A stretch of DNA of 34,292 bases from a virus (Duplodnaviria > Caudoviricetes): IMG/VR virus record IMGVR_UViG_3300042338_000270, positions 1-34,292 of that record, one strand, 5' to 3'. A program made the position numbers and the translations under genes. The notes beneath the pieces are model-generated. The model was given only the letters and a program-made list of their open reading frames with translations, was not told where the DNA came from and did no database searches. Shown here one piece after another: positions 9,302-16,850 of this stretch (within the stretch, counting starts at the first letter, position 1; every line of letters starts with the position of its first letter).

Positions 9302-9577
9302 TTATTTTTTTAACATTTTCTGCTGTTGCTGTTGTGCGGCCTGTAAATCTTTTTGGTACATCGACTTTTCAAAGTCGTGAAGGAGAATATCGTAAATCAA
9401 AGTAGCCTGCATATTTGTGACTTCCTCAATAGTTTTGCCCCATCTGTCCATCATGGCAAAGATAGTAGCTTTCGCTCCGAACTTTTTAAACCTATCCACA
9501 TTCGCTATCGCCTCCGCTTGGCTTGGTTTGTAGTCGTTTAGTCTTTTATAACGCTCAAAGAACTTTTTGAGTGCAGA
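9302..9577 (-). CDS. -1 frame extension of tail assembly chaperone (gpGT-like C-terminal part)
   Basis: Open -1 frame entered at T10 run 9577-9586. Confidence 0.62.
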   Translation of the reverse strand, partial: SALKKFFERYKRLNDYKPSQAEAIANVDRFKKFGAKATIFAMMDRWGKTIEEVTNMQATLIYDILLHDFEKSMYQKDLQAAQQQQQKMLKK

Positions 9578-9984
9578 AAAAAAAAAGCGCAAATAGGGTT
9601 TGCCTCATCAGTAGCCACTTCGCTAAAGTCAATGTCGGTGTATATTTTCGCAATGCCAATCAAAGCGTCCTTCGGTTTGTCATGCTGCAGAAGTAAAGAC
9701 TTCGCCATCTCTAGTTTGCCGTAGCTTTCACGCCCAATGTCAATCTGTTTATCCTTTTCCAAATAGGCGTTTGGTGCTTCGTGCATAAACTGCAATGCCG
9801 TAAACAACGCTCCTAGTGCTTCGCTGTTTAGCTTGTTTAACGTGGTCGTGGGTACACCTAGTAAACAACTCGCTTGGTCAAGTGCTGTTTCATGGTTTAA
9901 AAATTCGATGTACTTCTTAAACGGTACATCACCCCAATTAGTTGGTATGTTTATTATTTCCTCGTTTATTTTGCCTTGTATCAT
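9538..9984 (-). CDS. Tail assembly chaperone (gpG-like)
   Basis: 148 aa; IPTNWGDV N-terminus; slippery T10 (FFF) near 3' end with overlapping -1 ORF. Confidence 0.62.
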   Translation of the reverse strand: MIQGKINEEIINIPTNWGDVPFKKYIEFLNHETALDQASCLLGVPTTTLNKLNSEALGALFTALQFMHEAPNAYLEKDKQIDIGRESYGKLEMAKSLLLQHDKPKDALIGIAKIYTDIDFSEVATDEANPICAFFFLHSKSSLSVIKD

Positions 9985-11137
9985 ATCAAACTGTTTTTTC
10001 TTATTCCTGTGCTTGTTTTGTGCTTGGTTAGAAACGCAAAGCCATAAAGGAAACCGTCAAGTGCGTGATTGAATGCGTCAACTGGTATCCCTGCTTTCTT
10101 ATCATTCCAAATGTAGTTACTTAATTCCTTTCTCAAATTGTGGCTTGTTGGTGTTATCATTATTTTATAGTTCGTTGCGCTTGGTATCATTTCGGCTGCT
10201 CCTCTACAATAATCGGTACACGGTTTTATATTCAATCCCTTTCGCCTCAAATCCTCGACTAACCTATTTTGTTGACCGTGACTATCACCCACGATTATAT
10301 CAGTCGGCTTTTGGATTAGTTGGCTATTAAGTTTGAAAAGGTCATCAGTACCTAGTTTATCAACTCCATAATACTCTTCATGCAAATATATAACCTTTTG
10401 GTTATTGTCAACCGCTACTTTGATTAAGGTAGTCGGGTCAACACTAAATCCATAATCCTGTCCGTAAACGTATGGGAGTGAATTGTCAAAATCGCCCTGC
10501 GTCCAATTCGTGAAGATTGCGCCTTGTCGGTTTGCACGTTCACCGCTTCCGTAAATTGTCCACCAATACTGATTTGACTTTCGGCTTTCGATGTCCTCGA
10601 TTTGCGCTTGGGTCAAATATGGATTGTCTTTGTAGGTTGTAATTAGCGGAGGGTACTTTTCAATATAAGGGTCAAGCCAATGCTCTAAACCTAAAGCTGG
10701 ATTAAAATCGCCTATTATTCGGTATCGTGTACGTGGGAATAGCTGGTCAATCGTTTCTTGTGGGAACTGATGCGCCTCGTTAATCCAAAGGAAGTCACGG
10801 CTGCGTCCGTGTATTTTTGCAGGAGTGTCCGCACCGTAATAGCTTATTATATTGCCGTGTAAATTGTAATAGTGTTCGCTTTTATTATGGTGCAAATCAT
10901 TATAGATGCCACACTCAATTAGAACGTCTTTAAAGTCTTTCCAAGCCGTTGCCCTTAATGCTGTAAAGGTATCACGAACTATGTCTATATCAAGTCCTGT
11001 GTAGTTCTCGCATAGCCAAATGATGTAATAGATTACTGAATACGACTTTCCAGAACGAGTGCCACCTTGTAACAAGGTCACACGTTGCGACTTAACTTTT
11101 TTTTTAAAAAGCGAAAGTTTGGATTACTATTCTTCAT
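9981..11137 (-). CDS. terL: Terminase large subunit (PBSX-like); N-terminus probably joined by -1 shift at A9 (11097-11105)
   Basis: Walker A GGTRSGKS, Walker B WINEA, nuclease DYGFSVDPT and NHALDG; main ORF 9981-11081, upstream ATG 11137 one nt out of frame. Confidence 0.9.
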
Positions 11138-11435
11138 CTTCCTCGTTTAGCCATTCGGGTAAATTCTTCTTTGAAACAGAAACGTCCATTGTTTGCTTTG
11201 CTTTGCCGTATGCACGGTCTAAAAGGACTTCGGCTGCCCTTACATCGCCTTTACTAGCTTTCGCCCGTAACGCCTTTAAAATAGCCTCACCTGCCGTTAT
11301 ACCGTCTTTTTCCTCGCCTAATACATCAGCTAATAACTTATCCAATTCGGGTAACTTCTTTGGTCTGCCGTTTGGGTTTCCGCTTTCGCCTTTTTTGAAA
11401 GGTTTTAGGTTTTCTTTGTTCGGGTTCTTATTCAT
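11127..11435 (-). CDS. terS: Terminase small subunit (putative)
   Basis: FKKGESGNPNGRPKK and LLDRAYGKAKQ motifs; immediately upstream of terL. Confidence 0.75.
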   Translation of the reverse strand: MNKNPNKENLKPFKKGESGNPNGRPKKLPELDKLLADVLGEEKDGITAGEAILKALRAKASKGDVRAAEVLLDRAYGKAKQTMDVSVSKKNLPEWLNEEDEE

Positions 11436-11437
11436 TG

Positions 11438-12937
11438 TTAATTCTCTGTTTTAACCCACTCCTTTGTAACGTCCTTTCCGTTCAATTTAATAGTCAGTTT
11501 CGGGTCTAAAGCAATCATTCGCTTTACTATTACATCACAGTATTTCGGGTCTAATTCCATTCCGTAGCATTTGCGCTTAAGTTGGTGAGATGCCACCATT
11601 GTTGAGCCACTGCCTAAAAAGAAATCCAAAACCAATCCTCCATCAGGGCAGCTGCTTTTTATTGCACGTTCGCATAATGGAATTGGTTTAGGTGTTGCGT
11701 GTCCTCCTTCGCTTCCATCTTTATTATGCCTTGAAAAATGCCAAACATTGTTCATATTGTCGTGAGTATTATTAAAATAAGCACGAGTCGAGTAGTATTC
11801 CTTTTTCAGCGCATCGTATTCCTTTTTCAGCGCATCGTATTCCTTATGAAACGCATCGCCTTTGGCTGCTTCCCTTATTGAATTGTAATGTTCTCTAGTT
11901 GGAAAGTGCCATTGTGATTTAGCAAAGTAATGAGATGCGCTTGATTTTCCAGTTATCTCAATAATTTTATCAACGCTCCAACCTAATTTATTTTTTTGAG
12001 TTAAAAGATATTCTCTTATCGATTCAAAACCTTCAAAGTAATTATCTGCATTGTCGTTAAATCCCTGAACTCCTAACATAACAAAAAGACACTTTTCATC
12101 TGCTGTTGCAAATGACCTTGTTAGTTCTGAATTTTGACTTTGACCATGCCCTTTGTCCCAAGTTATTAAGTTTCTAAATGTTGCCTTTTGTTCTTTAAAG
12201 TATGGCTTTAAAATATCTGAATATATATCCATTAACGGCTCATCTATACCCCAACAATACCAACTTCCATTTTCTTTTAAGTGCATAAACTGCAAAGCAA
12301 TCCATTCGTGATTGAAATAAAGTAAATCAGAATAGTTAAGGTTGTCATTAAGAACTCCAACATTCTCCTTCTTCATTCCGTATGGTGGGTCATTATGTGC
12401 AACATCAGCCTTGTTACCATCCATCAACCTTGCCACTTGGTCACTATCAGTTGAATCACCACAAAGCAAACGATGCTCTCCTATTTCGTATAAATCACCT
12501 AAAACGGTTACAGCCTCAATCGGTGGTGTAGTATCGAAATCATCTTCTTCGGCTTCGATTTCTTCGGCTGTAAAGTCGGGAACGTCTAATCCCCAAGCGT
12601 CTAACTGCTCAACATCCCATTCGTTTGCTAGTTGTTCCCAATCCCATTCGCCACCGCTAACATTATCTTTGATTATAAACTCCCGTTGCTGTTCTTCGGT
12701 TAGGTCATCGGCTTTGATAATATGCACCTTTTTTAACCCTGCTTCTTTACAAGCCTTTAGCCTCATATTGCCACCGAGTACAATCATATCGGAGTTAACT
12801 ACTATCGGACGTATTTCGAGCATCTTTGGAAAGTCTTTAATTGACTGCACCAACTTGGCGAATTTATCGTCCTTAATTATTCTCGGGTTGTTCGGGTTTG
12901 GTTTAACCTCTGATATACTTACTTGCTCGGTTTTCAT
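11438..12937 (-). CDS. ParB-like N-terminal domain fused to amino (N6-A/N4-C) DNA methyltransferase
   Basis: PNPNNPR...GGNMRLKA (ParB/Srx); HRLLCGDS, DPPY, HATPKP, LDFFLGSGST, GMELDPKYCD. Confidence 0.88.
   Translation of the reverse strand: MKTEQVSISEVKPNPNNPRIIKDDKFAKLVQSIKDFPKMLEIRPIVVNSDMIVLGGNMRLKACKEAGLKKVHIIKADDLTEEQQREFIIKDNVSGGEWDWEQLANEWDVEQLDAWGLDVPDFTAEEIEAEEDDFDTTPPIEAVTVLGDLYEIGEHRLLCGDSTDSDQVARLMDGNKADVAHNDPPYGMKKENVGVLNDNLNYSDLLYFNHEWIALQFMHLKENGSWYCWGIDEPLMDIYSDILKPYFKEQKATFRNLITWDKGHGQSQNSELTRSFATADEKCLFVMLGVQGFNDNADNYFEGFESIREYLLTQKNKLGWSVDKIIEITGKSSASHYFAKSQWHFPTREHYNSIREAAKGDAFHKEYDALKKEYDALKKEYYSTRAYFNNTHDNMNNVWHFSRHNKDGSEGGHATPKPIPLCERAIKSSCPDGGLVLDFFLGSGSTMVASHQLKRKCYGMELDPKYCDVIVKRMIALDPKLTIKLNGKDVTKEWVKTEN
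11795..11845. repeat. 21-bp in-frame tandem repeat (~2.4 copies; KEYDALK heptads)
   Basis: gtattcctttttcagcgcatc x2 plus gtattcctt. Confidence 0.9.
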
Positions 12938-12942
12938 AGTGT

Positions 12943-13416
12943 TTATTTTTTATCTATCTGCTCCAACTTCCTTTGAGCATACTCAATACCAACACGCCCA
13001 CCCCAAGCATCTACCATCAAACCTCCGCAACCTTCCTCATAAGGTACATCCTCATATTGCAAGTGCCTTGCAAAACTTGCCATTCGTGCTATTGTATCCC
13101 TGCTTATTGCTTCTCTGTTCGCCAGTTGGTTTGCTCTTGCCCATCCAACTAAAGTTCCGCATCCTTTCGGGTTTCCACTTTCATCTCTATACTTCAATGC
13201 ACGTTTAGCGTTCTCGGTTGCGGCTTTCGGGTAGTCGGTGTATGTTTCAGCGTTTAAGATTTCTTTCTGCGCTTTCAAATCATTTGCATGGCTGTATAAA
13301 CAAAGTCGGTATCGTTGCGCTTCGTCTTTGTATTCGCTGACCATAACATCATCACTCATGCAACGCTGGATGAAATCGTCTTTGCTTTCGTTGCTGTTTG
13401 GTTTAGGTATTGGCAT
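12943..13416 (-). CDS. Phage hypothetical protein (possibly head morphogenesis-associated)
   Basis: 157 aa; PKPNSNESKDDFIQRCM and YPKAATENAKRAL...ARANQLANREAIS...DAWGG segments. Confidence 0.55.
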   Translation of the reverse strand: MPIPKPNSNESKDDFIQRCMSDDVMVSEYKDEAQRYRLCLYSHANDLKAQKEILNAETYTDYPKAATENAKRALKYRDESGNPKGCGTLVGWARANQLANREAISRDTIARMASFARHLQYEDVPYEEGCGGLMVDAWGGRVGIEYAQRKLEQIDKK

Positions 13417-13420
13417 GGGT

Positions 13421-13428
13421 CAAAAATA
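13421..13428 (-). promoter_or_regulatory. -7 promoter element of packaging operon (leaderless spacing)
   Basis: TATTTTTG-ACCC-ATG. Confidence 0.68.
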
Positions 13429-13497
13429 GTAATTAATTTTATTTCTGTTAGCTTAATCATTCATTCACCGCAAAAATGCGGCATAATGCACATTATT

Positions 13498-13737
13498 TCA
13501 TTCTTCTTCGGGTTCGGATATTTCTTCTTGCTCTAATTCACTAATGAAATCCATTTCATAAACTTGGATAAGTTTAACCCCATCTTCTATTTCGTCAAAG
13601 GTCAATAGTTGTGGCAGTTTCAAATCACGTATTTTCCTAAGCGCATCTTTATACGTTGGTGCATAAACCACAATGCTAGTTCCTTCAAAGTTTTTATAAT
13701 CTAATACTTGAAAAGTCCATTGGTATAGCTGTTCCAT
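13498..13737 (-). CDS. Hypothetical acidic protein
   Basis: 79 aa from ATG 13737, directly after phosphoesterase stop. Confidence 0.6.
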   Translation of the reverse strand: MEQLYQWTFQVLDYKNFEGTSIVVYAPTYKDALRKIRDLKLPQLLTFDEIEDGVKLIQVYEMDFISELEQEEISEPEEE

Positions 13738-13738
13738 C

Positions 13739-14737
13739 TTATAAAACTTTGCCGTCAATAATAGATTTGTTGTACACCTCAAACTCGCCACCCTTTAATA
13801 CCTTAATAACCGCAAAACCTAAATTCCATTCGTTCAAAGTTAAATAGTCTGGGTTCAGTTCGCAAAGGCATCCAATCACAAAAGTGCCGTGTACTTTTCC
13901 GCTAATGTTTGTTTTCAGCATTGTTTGCGTTTTGTGTTTATCTCCGCAGATGGTGCTTTCTCCCGAACGTAGCCACAAAGTACGAGCCGCATTAATACCT
14001 CCGCTCCCTTTGTACTCGTTTCCATGTATAGCGTATAGTTTGCCAATCTTCATTACTTGGTTGTTCGCTATCCAAGTAATCCCACGCTCACCAAGTCGCA
14101 GGATTGTTTGAAGCCTAAACTCTTGCATGTCTAAAATCACTGGTGCTTTTACTCTTAGGTATCGCTCCCATCTTAATTCATGATTACCGAATTTGTAAAA
14201 TATTTTAGCCAACGGAAAGTTTTTTTGCAGTACGTCTAAAAAGTTACGGCATATCTCAAACTCATAAGCCAAGTCACGCTTCTTCGGGTCTTGTTCGTGA
14301 AAACTAGCTTTGTGCATGTCCATAATATCACCAAGTAAAAGAATGGTGTTGATGTTTTCTTTTTTGCCGTAGTCAAGTGCGAGAGTTAGTGCTTTGTTAT
14401 TTTGGTATGGCAAATGAACATCGGATAGGACTAAAATGTTGTTGTTAGCCGTTGGCATCTTATAAATCACGCTTGGCTTTTCTTCGCTTTCGGGTAATCC
14501 GTATGGGTTTTGTGCGCTAAAATCACTTTCCATTGCCAAGTTGGGTGAAGTAGCCTTTCGGGTTTTATTACCACCTGCGCCAGTATAGTGTCTAATAACA
14601 CTTCTAGCGTGTTCAGCATCATTAAAAACTAAAGGATTTTCATTAAACATTTTCTCGGCTAAAGTTTTTTTGCTGCTGTTAGGAAACTTCTCAATATACT
14701 TCATTGCGATTATTCCAAGTTGTGTTGGCTTTGCCAT
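13739..14737 (-). CDS. Calcineurin-like metallophosphoesterase
   Basis: SDVH, GDIMD, GNHE, HG and variant GDKH motifs. Confidence 0.85.
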   Translation of the reverse strand: MAKPTQLGIIAMKYIEKFPNSSKKTLAEKMFNENPLVFNDAEHARSVIRHYTGAGGNKTRKATSPNLAMESDFSAQNPYGLPESEEKPSVIYKMPTANNNILVLSDVHLPYQNNKALTLALDYGKKENINTILLLGDIMDMHKASFHEQDPKKRDLAYEFEICRNFLDVLQKNFPLAKIFYKFGNHELRWERYLRVKAPVILDMQEFRLQTILRLGERGITWIANNQVMKIGKLYAIHGNEYKGSGGINAARTLWLRSGESTICGDKHKTQTMLKTNISGKVHGTFVIGCLCELNPDYLTLNEWNLGFAVIKVLKGGEFEVYNKSIIDGKVL

Positions 14738-14759
14738 TGGCTGGTTTATTTAATTGTGG

Positions 14760-14767
14760 CGAATTTA
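14760..14767 (-). promoter_or_regulatory. Possible variant -7 element (TAAATTCG)
   Basis: One mismatch to TAnnTTTG; intergenic, followed by A-rich leader. Confidence 0.4.
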
Positions 14768-14780
14768 CCGTAATTAATTC

Positions 14781-15017
14781 TCATAATGCTTTATTTACGT
14801 ATGCTTTAAATCCTAAATCATTCAACTGCTTTATTCGGTACTCCTGTAAAGGTTTCAAAGTGTCGGTCTTTTCTTTGCACTCAATAAATATAGCCTCACC
14901 GTCTTTCAAACATAGCAAATCTGGAATTCCGTTTTTTGATGTCCTAATTAAATTAATCACAAAGTAACCTTTTGCCTCCATTTCTTTTATGACTTTGGTT
15001 TGGTGCTTACTTGCCAT
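14781..15017 (-). CDS. VRR-NUC domain nuclease
   Basis: GIPDLL...FIECK...LQEYRIKQL (PD-(D/E)xK). Confidence 0.85.
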   Translation of the reverse strand: MASKHQTKVIKEMEAKGYFVINLIRTSKNGIPDLLCLKDGEAIFIECKEKTDTLKPLQEYRIKQLNDLGFKAYVNKAL

Positions 15018-16216
15018 TTCTTAAATGTTTGTAGGACAAAATCCTTTTTTTTAGCTACTGACTTATAAATCTGCCACTCAATCCCATCTTTAGCAAACAC
15101 CCAAAATATATCACTTTGCTTTCGGTTTATAGTTGTCATTCTATCTCTGGATTGCCAGTAGCTAATCGCACTAAAATCAATATTATAATAAACTAAAGCC
15201 TCCGCATTTGACAAATTAATGCCCTCACGTCCACTTATTATTTGCAAAGCTATAGTTTTATTTGAATTATTGAACTCCTCGATGTTGTCGGTAACGTCAA
15301 AATGCTTTTTAATAGCGTCCAATTCAGCAATAAACTTGTAGAAAATAGCTATTTTTTTACCTGCAAACCTTTGTTTTATTGCCACCGCTTTACTATCGTC
15401 AAAGTCTATTCGATTGCCGTCCTCAAACTTCACCGTTCCACTATACATTTGATGAACCTTTTGCATTAACTTGACCGATGTGTCAGCTAAAACAACTCCG
15501 CTTTTAGCTTCAATAATCAAATCATTGGTTAGTCGGTCAATAATTGAATAGGTTGACGGCTTCATTTCTACGGTCATGAAGTGTTCGTTTATTTCGCTCA
15601 CAAATCCTGCTTCCTTTTGCGTATAGGTCAACATTATAGGGTCGATGTACTTTATAACCTTTTCGTAGCTAACCACGCTGTAATCGTTTGACGTGCCGTA
15701 GGAAGTATATTTTATTTTGATAGTGCCGAAGTCATTGTGCCACTTGTAGAAATTCGCATAGTTTCTAAACGGTGAATAGTTGGAAACAAATAACTGATGG
15801 AAGATTTGAGCGTTGCTTTCGGGTAGTAGCGTTCCTGTCATTAAAATAACCTTGCAACCGTTTGCACATATTCGCTTCGCTTGTTTTGTTCTGATGCTAG
15901 GTTTCGGGAACGCTGCCAAACTATGACTTTCGTCAAAGATTACTAGGTCGTAAATAGGTTTGTGTTTATGAAGTTGCTCGTAGTTAATTATTGTGATTGG
16001 ATAGGTGTGACATGCTGTGGCGTAGTCTTTCTCTATACTGTTAATTGCCTTTAGCTTAGTGACAAATAAAACATTTGAGTAGTTACTGCCTATTGATAGT
16101 GCGATGTGGCTCTTTCCTAAACGCATTTGATAGTTTAGTATTAAGATTTTTTTATTTCTTAATACTTCAATGCCTTTAGTAACTGCTTCTAATTGATATA
16201 GTCGCAACTCAAACAT
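14987..16216 (-). CDS. SF2 (SNF2/DEAD-like) helicase
   Basis: LRLYQ, MRLGKS, DESH, MTGT, GREGINL, QSRDR motifs. Confidence 0.85.
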   Translation of the reverse strand: MFELRLYQLEAVTKGIEVLRNKKILILNYQMRLGKSHIALSIGSNYSNVLFVTKLKAINSIEKDYATACHTYPITIINYEQLHKHKPIYDLVIFDESHSLAAFPKPSIRTKQAKRICANGCKVILMTGTLLPESNAQIFHQLFVSNYSPFRNYANFYKWHNDFGTIKIKYTSYGTSNDYSVVSYEKVIKYIDPIMLTYTQKEAGFVSEINEHFMTVEMKPSTYSIIDRLTNDLIIEAKSGVVLADTSVKLMQKVHQMYSGTVKFEDGNRIDFDDSKAVAIKQRFAGKKIAIFYKFIAELDAIKKHFDVTDNIEEFNNSNKTIALQIISGREGINLSNAEALVYYNIDFSAISYWQSRDRMTTINRKQSDIFWVFAKDGIEWQIYKSVAKKKDFVLQTFKKWQVSTKPKS

Positions 16217-16721
16217 AGTATCTATTATTTATAATGTTAGTTATACATGATTGACTAACTCCATAATATTTAGATAATGACTTAACATTCCCACCACGAC
16301 CTGTTATACAATTATTTCTTATATCTTTTGCATCAGTATCATTAAGTTTTCTAATTGGGTTTATCTTGCCTAATTTTTTATAAGAATGAATTTCATTTTC
16401 TGAATAAGTACACCATTCTAAATTACTAACATAGTTATTTGATGGGTTACCATCTATATGGTTTACGCACGGTTTATTTAAATCATTAGAAATAAAATGC
16501 AAAGCAACAAGTCTATGAACTTGATATCTTTTTTGTTTGTTGTTTTGGCTTAAAGTAACTCTTTTATAACCATATCTAACATTTTCTTGTTTTATGCTTT
16601 TTTGGTTATAATTTGCCTTAATACCATTACAATGAATTACTACGCATTCCTTTCTTCTTACATTTCCGTAATTAGATACTTCGTAATTGTCAAAATCTTT
16701 AATAGTTTTCCAAGTTTCCAT
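16209..16721 (-). CDS. NUMOD4-HNH homing endonuclease with C-terminal HTH
   Basis: WKTIKDFDNYEVSNYGNVR; VHRLVA...VNHIDGNPSNNYVSNLEW; LSKYYGVSQSCI. Confidence 0.9.
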   Translation of the reverse strand: METWKTIKDFDNYEVSNYGNVRRKECVVIHCNGIKANYNQKSIKQENVRYGYKRVTLSQNNKQKRYQVHRLVALHFISNDLNKPCVNHIDGNPSNNYVSNLEWCTYSENEIHSYKKLGKINPIRKLNDTDAKDIRNNCITGRGGNVKSLSKYYGVSQSCITNIINNRYYV

Positions 16722-16826
16722 AAAAAAAATAAGCTACCTACTTTTCGGGTCTGCACTCCCTACTAGGTAAATAGCTTTAATGTCTTTAATAATTGCGGTG
16801 CAGCGCATAAATTCAATACAAATTTA
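16722..16826 (-). promoter_or_regulatory. Promoter (TAAATTTG 16819-16826) and structured 5' leader with kissing loops
   Basis: Loop CUGCAC (stem UGCG/CGCA) complementary to loop GUGCAG on a long hairpin followed by U8. Confidence 0.65.
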
Positions 16827-16850
16827 AGTAATTATTTTTGAAATACAAAA

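Noticed and set aside
11081-11129. TerS-TerL fusion by stop readthrough (same frame)
   Set aside because: Two consecutive stops (TAG TAA) follow terS.
12342-13208. 288-aa plus-strand ORF and other long antisense ORFs
   Set aside because: Ser-rich shadows of minus-strand genes with no motifs or start context.
15021-15052. A_AAA_AAG at helicase end fusing to VRR-NUC by -1 shift
   Set aside because: The -1 frame hits TAA at 15021-15023 before the VRR-NUC start.
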